Virus record (IMG/VR): IMGVR_UViG_3300027896_000027
DNA length: 64,000 nucleotides
Source of the DNA: an uncultured virus (IMG/VR IMGVR_UViG_3300027896_000027)
Taxonomy: Duplodnaviria > Heunggongvirae > Uroviricota > Caudoviricetes
Strand: one strand, 5' to 3'
Shown piece by piece: positions 45,039 through 54,840 of the stretch. A program made the translations under genes and the position numbers. Numbering within the stretch: position 1 is the first letter of the stretch; each line of letters starts with the position of its first letter. The notes below the pieces were generated by a model, which was not told the origin of the DNA, made no database searches, and saw only the letters and a list, made by a program, of their open reading frames with translations.

Positions 45039-46139
45039 ATGGACAGGAAGATCCCAGAATCTTTAAGGGATGCCGTTTTTACAGACGACAAGAGTATGGT
45101 TCAAATTGAATATACCCTGTCTGGATACGGGGGTGCCAAGACTTGGATCGAAGTGGATCGAGCACTACTCGGTGAAGCTTATGGGAGATGGAAGATAATC
45201 AGAAGACCTCAGACGTACGACAACAAGATGATGACGGCAAAAACTCCGCCTGATTCTTTGACCAGAGATGGTTTTTTCTCCAACGGGGTATATGAAACTA
45301 AAGAGATAAAAAAAAAGAAGATAGCATGGATTCAGGATGTGGCAAGAATCGGGGGGGCGGAGATTAGCAATCTGGAAATGATTCGGGTTGGCAATGATTG
45401 TGGTTTCAATATTACTGTCATTACCCCTGAATCTCTTCATGGCAGCGATCAGCTCAAGCCCATTGATCTCATTATTTTAAATAACATCTGGCATTTTAGC
45501 CAAGAACAGATGGCTGCGATCCTCAGGGTGATTTACTCTGGCACTCCTTATGTCAAATACGAGCACGATTATCGGGAACTTCAGAGACCTGATTTTTCTA
45601 AGAAGATTTTTGGTCTATCAAAACTAAATGTCTTTCTCTCACCAAAGCATCTTAAGGATTATCAAAAGGAATTGGGGTGTGGTGGTACTTGTTTGCCCCT
45701 GGCGATTGATGTTAGTCATTTTAAGTCTATTGAGAAAGTGGAAAGAAAAAAAGATTCGGCCCTCGTCTTCAATACTCCTAACCAGAAGTTTGGGAAAAGC
45801 GGAGAGGAGTTTATCAAGAGTCATCCTCAGATGATGTTTACCATTTTATCGAATGGAGGCCCATTGATTAATGGAGGGAATATCAAACTATCTCCGCCGG
45901 TTCCTTATGGAAATTTGCCCACGGTTTACTCTGCCCATGAGTTTCTTGTTCATCTTCCTGATCGGGATTGGGCAGGGGAACGCATTATCTTTGAAGCTGC
46001 ACTCTCTGGGTGTAAGGTCGTCGCCAATGATCATGTGGGGCATATGTCTTGGGGCAGGGATTTGACCGATGTCAAGGGGTTGAGCGAGTGGTTGGTCAGG
46101 GCACCTTATGAGTTTTGGAAAGAGGTGGCGAGAATTTAA
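45039..46139 (+). CDS. GT-B (GT4-like) glycosyltransferase with ~90-aa N-terminal extension
   Basis: GGAEIS, EHDY, FLSPKH, ERIIFEAALSGCKVVAN. Confidence 0.82.
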   Translation: MDRKIPESLRDAVFTDDKSMVQIEYTLSGYGGAKTWIEVDRALLGEAYGRWKIIRRPQTYDNKMMTAKTPPDSLTRDGFFSNGVYETKEIKKKKIAWIQDVARIGGAEISNLEMIRVGNDCGFNITVITPESLHGSDQLKPIDLIILNNIWHFSQEQMAAILRVIYSGTPYVKYEHDYRELQRPDFSKKIFGLSKLNVFLSPKHLKDYQKELGCGGTCLPLAIDVSHFKSIEKVERKKDSALVFNTPNQKFGKSGEEFIKSHPQMMFTILSNGGPLINGGNIKLSPPVPYGNLPTVYSAHEFLVHLPDRDWAGERIIFEAALSGCKVVANDHVGHMSWGRDLTDVKGLSEWLVRAPYEFWKEVARI

Positions 46140-46143
46140 GCAA

Positions 46144-46806
46144 ATGACCATTCACATAATAGGGGATAGTCACATAAGAGCATTTTGTCAGTTGCCAAAC
46201 AGAAAAGATTTACCTGAATCTGTCTTTCATAATATAGGGGCTCATACGGCTTATAAATTAGTTTCGTATGATAGGACATCAAAGTCTTATCCTAAACTTC
46301 GGGCGGTTATGAAGCTTGTCGATAAAGAGAAGGATGTTGTTATGCTTTGTCTTGGTGAGATCGATTGTAGAATTCATATATATCATCAGAGCAAAATACG
46401 GAAGGTTCATGCTTGGGATGTATTGAAAGCTACAGTCTTTAGATATTTGAGCACCGTTATTGAGTTGAGGATGGAGGGGTTTAAAGTGGGATTGATTGGG
46501 ATTATCCCCGCCTCAAGGCAAGGGAACATTTACAGATACAAACATTATGGTGACGGAAAGACCAGACTTAAGATAAGTCAAGCATTCAATACCTTTATTG
46601 AAGCCTGTTGTCATGTAATAGCAGTCCCCTATTTCAATTTATTTGATCCTGACCTTATGGACCAGTCCGGCATGTTGAGGCCGGAGTTGACCTTAAAGGG
46701 CGATCTTACCCATATCGATGCTTCCAAATATCCGATCACAGAGAAGTTCGCAAAATGGATGTATGAACAATTCCCTCTTGACGGGAGAAAAAATGAAGCC
46801 AGGTAA
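46144..46806 (+). CDS. SGNH/GDSL-like hydrolase or acyltransferase
   Basis: IIGDSH, LGEIDCR, D.TH. Confidence 0.72.
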   Translation: MTIHIIGDSHIRAFCQLPNRKDLPESVFHNIGAHTAYKLVSYDRTSKSYPKLRAVMKLVDKEKDVVMLCLGEIDCRIHIYHQSKIRKVHAWDVLKATVFRYLSTVIELRMEGFKVGLIGIIPASRQGNIYRYKHYGDGKTRLKISQAFNTFIEACCHVIAVPYFNLFDPDLMDQSGMLRPELTLKGDLTHIDASKYPITEKFAKWMYEQFPLDGRKNEAR

Positions 46807-47413
46807 AAGGGAGCATATCTATAAAATTATAATCGCCACGACTCGTGACGGAAAGGGTTGGAGCATCATAGGAGGAGAAACAACTATAAAAACAAAGATC
46901 AAAACACGTGCCTCTGTCTTGTTTGCAAAGGATTTTCTTAATGGAAAGAATGATTTGAATATTGCCGAGATTGGGGTCCGTAGGGGATATAATGCAGAGA
47001 ATATGTTTAATGAGTTGAAGCCAAGGCTCATGGTACTCGTTGACTTTTGGGATGGCTCAATCAAGGATACTCACAGCATAAATTTTGCGGAGACCTGGCA
47101 TCGGCTGCACGGCAGAAGGAATATTATTTTTGTAAAGGCAATTTCTTCTGATGCTGCAAATTTGATTGATCAGAGGATTAGCTTTGATTTTGTTTACCTC
47201 GACGCTTCTCACGACAAAAAGAATGTTCTGCAGGATATTAATTCATGGCTCCCAAAGGTAAAGGTAGGTGGAATATTGGCGGGCCATGACTACACGAATG
47301 CCGATGTTCCCGGGGTGAAGGAGGTTGTTCATGAGGTTTTCGGGGATAGGGTAAAGGTCGGTAATAATAGAGATGATGTCAATGGAGATTGGTGGATTGT
47401 TAAAGAGGCTTAA
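46793..47413 (+). CDS. class I SAM-dependent methyltransferase (Methyltransf_24-like)
   Basis: AEIGVRRG, VDFW, FDFVYLDASH, GGILAGHDY. Confidence 0.88.
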   Translation: MKPGKREHIYKIIIATTRDGKGWSIIGGETTIKTKIKTRASVLFAKDFLNGKNDLNIAEIGVRRGYNAENMFNELKPRLMVLVDFWDGSIKDTHSINFAETWHRLHGRRNIIFVKAISSDAANLIDQRISFDFVYLDASHDKKNVLQDINSWLPKVKVGGILAGHDYTNADVPGVKEVVHEVFGDRVKVGNNRDDVNGDWWIVKEA

Positions 47414-48424
47414 ATGACTAAAGCCATTGCCCATTTTAGTAATGGAATTGGAAATTTTATTATGATGATGCCGGCACTGCAGGCCATGGCGTCGTTGTCC
47501 AGCGATAATGTGGTGGATATCATCATAGATAGCAGATGGACAGATCATCGGAAACCTGCGGTCATAGAGATTTGCAAGGCCTGGTCAGTGATCGGAAGAG
47601 TGATAAAATATCCGAGCGAGAAGTTTAACAAAAATAATTACGGTCACTGGTTCTTCACAACTCATGGAACAGCATATGATGCGCCTTCTATATTTCTCCC
47701 GAGGATGAAAAAGATTATTCCCAAGCCTCATTGGAGACCTTCTCAAGTGCATGAGGTGGATCATTATATGGATATAGCGATGGGAGCTGGATATAAAGGC
47801 TTGAAGCCAGAAGTGCAATTTCCGTTGGCTAAGAGTCCTGTTGTTAGTTTGCCCAGGCCAATTATCGGCCTATGCAATGGGTACTTTCGCACCTCCACAC
47901 ACTATTGGGATAAAAAGGGGTGGTATCATTTTCCAAGGTTGTCAGAAGTTTTAGCGTTATATTTTGGTGGGTCTGTTGTTGGTCTTGGCCGTGAAGGTGA
48001 ACTCCCAAAGGGAACAAAACTCGCTGCAGATTATGCAGGAAAGCTTTCTATTTTGGAGACAGCCAAGGTCTTATCGCAGCTTGACTTGTTCGTCACCACT
48101 GACACAGGGCTTATGCACATGGCCGATATACTCAAGGTACCTACTATAGCGATGTTTGGGCCAACGCTTGTGACCAAGAGTGGAATCAGAGGAGAGAATT
48201 CTCATATTCTGCAGGCGGGCCTTAAATGTGCACCATGCCAGGAGGCTTCAGCATATCATATATGCAAGGTAAGCGAATGTATGAGATCCATTGGAGTAGA
48301 TGATGTGATGGCTAAGGCGAGAGAAATTTTGGGAGGGAAAGCCGATGAGCGATATCATCATAGCTGGAGTTATCAAGTGGAGCGACCTCCAGGATTGGAT
48401 AGAGCCGTCTCCCCTGGACTCTGA
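47414..48424 (+). CDS. GT9 (heptosyltransferase-like) glycosyltransferase
   Basis: GIGNFI...PAL, HEVD, KKGW, AGKLSI.ET, DTGLMHMA..L.VPTIAMFGPT, C.PC. Confidence 0.9.
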   Translation: MTKAIAHFSNGIGNFIMMMPALQAMASLSSDNVVDIIIDSRWTDHRKPAVIEICKAWSVIGRVIKYPSEKFNKNNYGHWFFTTHGTAYDAPSIFLPRMKKIIPKPHWRPSQVHEVDHYMDIAMGAGYKGLKPEVQFPLAKSPVVSLPRPIIGLCNGYFRTSTHYWDKKGWYHFPRLSEVLALYFGGSVVGLGREGELPKGTKLAADYAGKLSILETAKVLSQLDLFVTTDTGLMHMADILKVPTIAMFGPTLVTKSGIRGENSHILQAGLKCAPCQEASAYHICKVSECMRSIGVDDVMAKAREILGGKADERYHHSWSYQVERPPGLDRAVSPGL

Positions 48425-49028
48425 TCTCGGAAAGCTAACGCTGATTGGAGAAGGGGTTATTTCCGATGCGGAGGATTACGTTCATGGAAAGATCCGGAGA
48501 GTTGAAAGTGAAGTCGCCTATCTTGATGGTGGGAAAAATTATTTGACTCTGCCCCATCTGAACGTCAGTCGTGTTTCAATCTGGGAGGATATAGACAGAG
48601 TTTTTAGAGGTTCCACCTTGCTCGATCCGAAGAGATATCAAGTCTATGGGCCAAGGGGGATTGCCAGAATTGGGAAACCTAAGAGCCATACGACAGGGGG
48701 TATTGCTTGGATGGATAGGTTCTTCTCAGATTACTATTGGGATGATTTCTGGTTTGACCGATTTTTTGAAGGGAGGCGAGAATTTATCAAAGGCAGGCTT
48801 GTGATAAAAGTTCGGTACAATGGAGGCTGGGATCAGGATACGATTGAAAGTGGGCTGAAGCTTGCCATGATAACCCAGATTGGATATCGGTACAGGAGAA
48901 GGAAAGATCCTGGCCTTTCAACGGTATCGTATCCAGATGGGTCGGTGACGAAGATGATGAACATAGACCAGTGGCTTCCAGAGGTTAAAGCTACGTTGAA
49001 TAAATTTAAGAGGATATCACTAATATGA
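48345..49028 (+). CDS. head-tail connector (adaptor)
   Basis: YLDGG, VRYNGGW, LKLA...Q, LPEVK.TL.KF; position after the head genes. Confidence 0.7.
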   Translation: MSDIIIAGVIKWSDLQDWIEPSPLDSDLGKLTLIGEGVISDAEDYVHGKIRRVESEVAYLDGGKNYLTLPHLNVSRVSIWEDIDRVFRGSTLLDPKRYQVYGPRGIARIGKPKSHTTGGIAWMDRFFSDYYWDDFWFDRFFEGRREFIKGRLVIKVRYNGGWDQDTIESGLKLAMITQIGYRYRRRKDPGLSTVSYPDGSVTKMMNIDQWLPEVKATLNKFKRISLI

Positions 49029-49684
49029 GCGGGACGTCAGATGTCGTCTATGAGGAAAAAATAAAGATAGATCAGATCGTGCCGTCGCTGGCGAAGAAGT
49101 TGGTCAGGACGTTTGATCTCGGCTCGATCTGGATGCAGAAGCTTATCAGGACGACATATATGAGCGGACCAACGGGTGCTAAGTCGGTGAGTGTCAGAAC
49201 TGGGGCCCTTAGAGCATCGGTGATACCAATCAAGACTGAGATCAAGGAAGATTCTATCCAGGCTGGAGTTTCCATCGGAGGGAATGTCTTAGCAGGGGGT
49301 GGGACTCCAGCGGGTCGATATGCAGGAGTTCATGTTGGAGGTTATAGGTCTACAGTCATAACGGCAAAGAATAAGAAGTTCTTGACCATTCCGCTCCCAG
49401 CTGCGAAGACTGGAGCAGGGGTGACGAAAGGCTCTGCCATGAGTGGGGCTTTTGGAGAGACGTTCATAGCTAAGTCGAAAAAAGGAAATCTGATTATCTT
49501 TGGAAAGCTTGCTTATATCAAAGGAAAGAAAAAAGGGGAGACTCGTGGTAATATTGTTCCTCTCTTCCTTTTGAAAAGGACAGTATCTGTTCCAGCGAGA
49601 ATTCATCCGAACGAAATTCTTGAAGCTTTTGGCGTAAAGTTAAAGGGGGATTTGTTAGCTCTCGGCACAGACATAGGTAAGTGA
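49025..49684 (+). CDS. neck/tail-completion protein
   Basis: RTGALRAS, YAGVH.GG, LTIPL, VSVPAR. Confidence 0.7.
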   Translation: MSGTSDVVYEEKIKIDQIVPSLAKKLVRTFDLGSIWMQKLIRTTYMSGPTGAKSVSVRTGALRASVIPIKTEIKEDSIQAGVSIGGNVLAGGGTPAGRYAGVHVGGYRSTVITAKNKKFLTIPLPAAKTGAGVTKGSAMSGAFGETFIAKSKKGNLIIFGKLAYIKGKKKGETRGNIVPLFLLKRTVSVPARIHPNEILEAFGVKLKGDLLALGTDIGK

Positions 49685-50361
49685 GAATGGACAAAGTAAT
49701 CTTAGCGATCGGTGGTGCGGTCATTAAAACTGCCTGGGAAGAGTTGAAAGAAGTGGTCAGAGGCGGGAAAGTCGAGATCCTCATCCATAACGGGGCCTCG
49801 CTCTTTCACGATTTTCAGAGAGCAACGGATAAAATCCTTGCAGCAGCAGGGATGCATTCATACCCGTTGGATGATCTTTTAGTGAATAAAGAACTTGATG
49901 CTCCGGCAGCTTCATTAGTTTGGAAATGGATTAGAGGAAAACACGCACCAGATGGAAGTGTGACAAGAATTTGCGAAGAGATGGGAATTCAGGTTCTTTG
50001 CTTCACAGCATTGGGCTGTGATTTCTGGCAGTTGTTTGATCGGGAATGGGATGAATTTGCAAATGCGACAAGAAGAGATTTAGCCTTTCTCGCTAACCGA
50101 ATGGAAAAAGGACAATTTCATTACCTCCTTCTTGGCTCAGCGGTTATTCATCCTGAAATATTTAGAACTGCGATGGTCCTTGCAAAACCAGCAATTTTTC
50201 GTGCTGATGTAGTTGATTTCCTCGATATGTACAGACCCCGGACAAGGGTTGCCCGATATGGTTCTTATTATCAAATGGACTTTAAAACCTTTTTGAGAAA
50301 ATGGATAGACGAAAGTATGACCGCACCAGGATTTAATTTCCAAGAGAGGGGTAATCATTAG
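49681..50361 (+). CDS. deoxyhypusine-synthase-like (DHS-like NAD-binding fold) protein
   Basis: ILAIGGAVIK, HNGASLFHDFQ, LGSAVIHPEIF, DFLDMYRP. Confidence 0.65.
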   Translation: MRMDKVILAIGGAVIKTAWEELKEVVRGGKVEILIHNGASLFHDFQRATDKILAAAGMHSYPLDDLLVNKELDAPAASLVWKWIRGKHAPDGSVTRICEEMGIQVLCFTALGCDFWQLFDREWDEFANATRRDLAFLANRMEKGQFHYLLLGSAVIHPEIFRTAMVLAKPAIFRADVVDFLDMYRPRTRVARYGSYYQMDFKTFLRKWIDESMTAPGFNFQERGNH

Positions 50362-50370
50362 AGGTAAAAG

Positions 50371-50820
50371 ATGACTAAGCCCGTGAAGACAGTTTTTATG
50401 GACTTTGTAGAGACCGTCTTAAAGACAACGATTTCATCTGACCATGATGTGCAGAGGCGACCGACTTTACCTATAGATCGGGATACCTACAAGGCTCCGT
50501 TTATTAGGTTTGCATATACCACATCAAGGAGGCGTAGGAATAATAGATTCCAGATTGTGGAGTTTGATTTACACGTTGAGGCTTCTGTTGAGAGAACTAC
50601 TACAGACAGTGTAGATGTTGTTGGAGAGATTCTGCAGGCAGATATAGAAAAGGCCCTGGCAGCGCTCGCTAATTCAAGGGTGAGTGGGAAACCCCAAATG
50701 AAGATTGAATGTACGGCAGACGACATTCTTTATTTTGATGAGGAGTTGAAAACTGGTATGGCGGTCTCGGTTTATTCAGTTACGTTGATGCATGAGTACG
50801 GCGATCCGTACAAATTTTAA
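50371..50820 (+). CDS. tail terminator-like protein
   Basis: Size and position immediately before the tail tube gene. Confidence 0.55.
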   Translation: MTKPVKTVFMDFVETVLKTTISSDHDVQRRPTLPIDRDTYKAPFIRFAYTTSRRRRNNRFQIVEFDLHVEASVERTTTDSVDVVGEILQADIEKALAALANSRVSGKPQMKIECTADDILYFDEELKTGMAVSVYSVTLMHEYGDPYKF

Positions 50821-50838
50821 AAAAAGGAGGATAAAGGA

Positions 50839-51366
50839 ATGGAACACACACCGCACGATGTTAGATTATTGTCACTTGGCAAGGGGATTTTGAAGTTTGA
50901 CCGATTTGATGTTGATGGCCTTCCAACTGGGTTGGTCGATATTGGCAACGCTCCAACTTTCAATTTGACTATAACGGTTGATAAATTGGAGCACCTGAGT
51001 TCCAGGGAAGGTGTCGCTACTATGGACGATCAGGTCATTCGGTCAAGAAAGATGGAGGGCGACTTTGAGCTTGATGAGCTGGGCCGTGAAAATCTTCGTC
51101 TCTGGTTGATGGGTGAGGTCGGAAGCTGGGCTGTCAAACCGATGACAGCAGGTCAGATCCAGGGGATGATTGATTTCAAGGGAACAAGCGATGTCGGCCC
51201 CCGCTATCACTTTGAGGGTTGGGTTGTTAATCTCTTCCCAAAAGGTTCTCTTGGTTTGATTAGCACCGATTGGGGAAAAATGGGTTTTGATTTTACAATC
51301 CTTCAGGATTCGGTCGGACATCCTGCCAGCCCTTGGGGTGAATTGACCCTGATACAAGAATCATAA
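50839..51366 (+). CDS. major tail tube protein
   Basis: LGKG, DIGNAP.F, EHLSSREG, ENLRLWLMG, LISTDWG. Confidence 0.8.
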   Translation: MEHTPHDVRLLSLGKGILKFDRFDVDGLPTGLVDIGNAPTFNLTITVDKLEHLSSREGVATMDDQVIRSRKMEGDFELDELGRENLRLWLMGEVGSWAVKPMTAGQIQGMIDFKGTSDVGPRYHFEGWVVNLFPKGSLGLISTDWGKMGFDFTILQDSVGHPASPWGELTLIQES

Positions 51367-51393
51367 GATTCTGAAATTTGATCGGAGGTTTTT

Positions 51394-51828
51394 ATGGTAA
51401 CAGAAGCAAGAAAATCCGAGGCTGAAGTAATGTTTCCAGCGATCAGTCTCGATGGGTATCAGTTAAGGCCGTGGACTTGGGATCAATTGATATCTGTTTT
51501 GCCAGATGTCATGGGCGCCATGGAAAAGGTGGAGACTCTTAAGATTAATTTTAATCAGATCGAAGCAATGGCTAACGATCCAGAGCGAAAGACAGAACTG
51601 TTTAAACTTTTAGTCCCGGTCTTGATCGCGGTTGGCCCGATCGTTCCAAACATCATTGCAAAAACGATCGATGAAGATTTGGATAAAATTAAATCTTGGG
51701 ATGCTTATAGAATTCTTAACATGGCTCTTGTGATAGCGGTTCAGAATGCGTCCAGAATAAAAAACTCGGTCGGCCTCGTGGCGAGTCAACTCGAGATGAT
51801 CGGCCCGAGGCCTTTGCTGAAGCAATAG
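51394..51828 (+). CDS. tail assembly chaperone (G)
   Basis: Between tail tube and tape measure genes; carries a slippery site. Confidence 0.75.
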   Translation: MVTEARKSEAEVMFPAISLDGYQLRPWTWDQLISVLPDVMGAMEKVETLKINFNQIEAMANDPERKTELFKLLVPVLIAVGPIVPNIIAKTIDEDLDKIKSWDAYRILNMALVIAVQNASRIKNSVGLVASQLEMIGPRPLLKQ

Positions 51829-52091
51829 AGTTTCTGGTTTCAAGAGGCCATCGATTTGAGGATATCTTTAAGGTCTATACGGTTGATCAATTTTTTCTCT
51901 TCTTGGAAAAAGCAAAGATCAACCGAAATAAGGAAATCCTCGAAGGTTCTTTTGGGATGAGAGCGGCTTTGGGGGCAAATCAAAGAGAATGGAAGCAATA
52001 TATTGATTCTTTGATGCCACGGCCTGAGAAAGCAAAAGTTTCATCAAAGGTAGAATACCTACAATTTAGGAGGTTAATGTCACATGGCTGA
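51759..52091 (+). CDS. tail assembly chaperone GT extension via -1 frameshift
   Basis: A-AAA-AAC at 51759-51765; -1 frame open to 52091 (AIEFLVSRGHRFEDI..YT..Q). Confidence 0.75.
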   Translation, partial: KKLGRPRGESTRDDRPEAFAEAIEFLVSRGHRFEDIFKVYTVDQFFLFLEKAKINRNKEILEGSFGMRAALGANQREWKQYIDSLMPRPEKAKVSSKVEYLQFRRLMSHG

Positions 52092-54837
52092 TACCGAACT
52101 TGGTACGTTGATCCTGAGATTGAAAGCCGACATTACGGATTTGAAAAAGGGGCTTAAAGATGCCGAGAATACCATCAAGGGATCTACCGATAGCCAAAAG
52201 AAAGGTGCTGATACACTCGGACAATCGATCGCAGGAATAAAGACACAATACCTGGCCTTTGCAGCCGCAGCGGTTGCAGTTGCCATGACGATAAGAAAGG
52301 CTTTTGATTGGGCAGAACTTGGGGCAAGGGCGGAGGCTGTTCAAGAATCTTTTGATGCCATCACCAAGGGGGTTGGAGTTAATGGAGAACAGCTTAAAAC
52401 TCAGATCAAATCTGCCGCGGGAGTTTACATCGATGAAACTGAATTTATGATTATGGCGAATAAGCTTCTCGCCGAGGGCATTTCTGCAACCGATATCCCA
52501 AAATTATTTGAAGCCGCCCGAGTCGCTGCTCGGTTAATGGGAACGGATGTTAATGAAGCAATGACGTTGGTGACACGGGCGGTTCTTACCTTTCAAACCA
52601 GGGGTTTATTCAGGCAAGCCTTCCCGATGGAATCAACAAAGGTTTTTAAAGATTATGCTGATGCTATTGGGTTGGATGCAGATATGCTGAGCACCTTTGG
52701 TAAGCAGCAGGCCATGGTAAATGAAATCTTGAGACAATCGGCTGAGAAAATGCAGGTGCTTGGTGGTCCAGGGGGGTTGGTTAGAAATCATTATGAGAAT
52801 TTACAATTATTAAGTTCGGCTTACATGGAAGCCAAGGAGATGATCGGTAAGTTTATTGTTGATGGGGTCATGTGGCTTTCAGATGCGTTAGGAAATGTTA
52901 TTGGGATTGTTGAAACGGTCTATGAAAAAATTACCTCTATTCCTAAGGCAATTAAGGGAATCATTACCAGTGCCTCAGAACTTCTCGGAATAACCTCAAA
53001 GGCTCCTCCTCCGTTGGAACTTGCAGCTGGTCATGGTCCTGCAGCACCTCCTGAACTTGAACTTGCAGCTTCTCATGGTCCCGCAGTCAAAGCACAGCAA
53101 GATAAAGATGTAGCGGATCGAGACAAGCTTAATAAAGAAATAAAGAAAAATCAGCTTGACGCTGAAAAGGCCCGTGTTGATGCGGAAGGACAAATCAGGA
53201 TTTATGGCCTTGAAGTTCAGCATAATCGTGCCTTGACTGAGGCGAATAGATTAGGTCAGGATACCTTAGATATTGACCAAAAATTCGCCAGAGATAAGGC
53301 TGCGATGGAGCTTAAAAATACAATTGATAGTTTAGAGGCGCAGAGAAATGCTGAAATTACAGCCGCCATCGCGGCGGGGAAAACTGAAAGCGGTCAAAAA
53401 GAAGCTATCAATGCAAAAATAAATGCAGCCGAAAAATCTGCAAGAGCAAAGTTTCGAGAAGAAGTAACCAAACTCGACTTGGATGAAACGAAAAAGGGAA
53501 TCGAGGAAAAACTTGCCATTGATGAGGCGGCCACGAAAACCGAAATGTCTAACCAGCAGGCCATCCTTGACCAGGCTCAAGATTATTACGACAGGCTTTT
53601 AATCTCTGCTAAGAACTTTTATAAGATCAAGGAAGATATCATGATGTCAACTGGGACATCCGAGATCAAAATGCTCCAGGAGAGGTTGGATCTCGAAACT
53701 GATGAGGGAAAGAAAGCCGGTCTTCGGGCGGAGATTGCAGATAAAGTAAATAAGCTTGAGAAAGATCTTACCACCAACACACGGGATACCTATAAAGCAC
53801 TTCAGGCTGAGGCTGATCTTCATAGTCAAATTTTGCAAACGGATACCAGCCGACAGAACGTGATGATCGACATGGCTCGGGAAAAATTTGAGATAACCGA
53901 GGCCGATGCTTTAACGAAAAGAATTCAACTTCAAAAAGATCTCCTTTCAGCATTGCAAGCTCAATTAGATCTTACCAATAAAATTGAAGATCCAAAAAAA
54001 TACGCAGACATCCAGCTTGCGATGGCTCAGGTCAATGCTCAAATCCAGACGATGAATATCCAGCTTACCGAACAGGTGGGAACATTTGCCCAGCTTAGTG
54101 ATTTGGGAATGAAGCGATATGCAGACAGTCTTCAAAAGAATCTGATCAACACGACCGAAAATCTGGTTCCTAACGCCTTTGACGCCGCCGGAAATTCTGT
54201 TAAGGGATTTATAAATAACCTGGTTGATGGGACAATGTCGGCAAGCGAGGCCTTAAAGGAGATGGGTAATAGTTTTGCAAAGAGTGTATTGAACATGATA
54301 GTTGATATTGGGCTTCTTATCGCAAAGATGGAGATCTTAAAAGCTCTTGGTTACGGGGAGGGAGCCACATCCGGTACGAGTGGAGGTAGTTTAGGTGGAA
54401 TGGGGGGTGGTGGTGGATTGGGTGGTATCCTTAACATTGTTGTGGGGCTTATTGGTAGCATATTCCAGAGTGGTGGCCCAGTGACTGGCCCTTCTGGCAC
54501 TGATAGAGTTCCGATTAGAGCTACAGCAGGAGAATTTGTTATTCGGCAATCGGCGGTCAAAAAGTATGGTTCTGGGTTTATGGCAATGATCAATGAAGGG
54601 ATGCTTGATGTTTCAAAATTAGTGGGAATGCCTTCCCAACCGCAACCCACCTTAGCTTTTGCTGGTGGGGGTCAAGTCACCTCTCAACCTGCTCAAACGA
54701 TGAAAAATGAAATTACCCTCATCAATGTTGTCGATTCGAGAGACATGGATAAATGGGCCGCATCGGCGGCAGGTCAAAATTCAATTATCAATGTTCTTAG
54801 CTCACGATTGACCACCGTGAAAAAGATTGTGAGGTGA
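52084..54837 (+). CDS. tape measure protein
   Basis: LGTLILRLKAD start; long Ala/Lys/Glu helical body; C-terminal GGPVTGPSGTDRVP..GEFVI. Confidence 0.9.
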   Translation: MADTELGTLILRLKADITDLKKGLKDAENTIKGSTDSQKKGADTLGQSIAGIKTQYLAFAAAAVAVAMTIRKAFDWAELGARAEAVQESFDAITKGVGVNGEQLKTQIKSAAGVYIDETEFMIMANKLLAEGISATDIPKLFEAARVAARLMGTDVNEAMTLVTRAVLTFQTRGLFRQAFPMESTKVFKDYADAIGLDADMLSTFGKQQAMVNEILRQSAEKMQVLGGPGGLVRNHYENLQLLSSAYMEAKEMIGKFIVDGVMWLSDALGNVIGIVETVYEKITSIPKAIKGIITSASELLGITSKAPPPLELAAGHGPAAPPELELAASHGPAVKAQQDKDVADRDKLNKEIKKNQLDAEKARVDAEGQIRIYGLEVQHNRALTEANRLGQDTLDIDQKFARDKAAMELKNTIDSLEAQRNAEITAAIAAGKTESGQKEAINAKINAAEKSARAKFREEVTKLDLDETKKGIEEKLAIDEAATKTEMSNQQAILDQAQDYYDRLLISAKNFYKIKEDIMMSTGTSEIKMLQERLDLETDEGKKAGLRAEIADKVNKLEKDLTTNTRDTYKALQAEADLHSQILQTDTSRQNVMIDMAREKFEITEADALTKRIQLQKDLLSALQAQLDLTNKIEDPKKYADIQLAMAQVNAQIQTMNIQLTEQVGTFAQLSDLGMKRYADSLQKNLINTTENLVPNAFDAAGNSVKGFINNLVDGTMSASEALKEMGNSFAKSVLNMIVDIGLLIAKMEILKALGYGEGATSGTSGGSLGGMGGGGGLGGILNIVVGLIGSIFQSGGPVTGPSGTDRVPIRATAGEFVIRQSAVKKYGSGFMAMINEGMLDVSKLVGMPSQPQPTLAFAGGGQVTSQPAQTMKNEITLINVVDSRDMDKWAASAAGQNSIINVLSSRLTTVKKIVR

Positions 54838-54840
54838 TTT

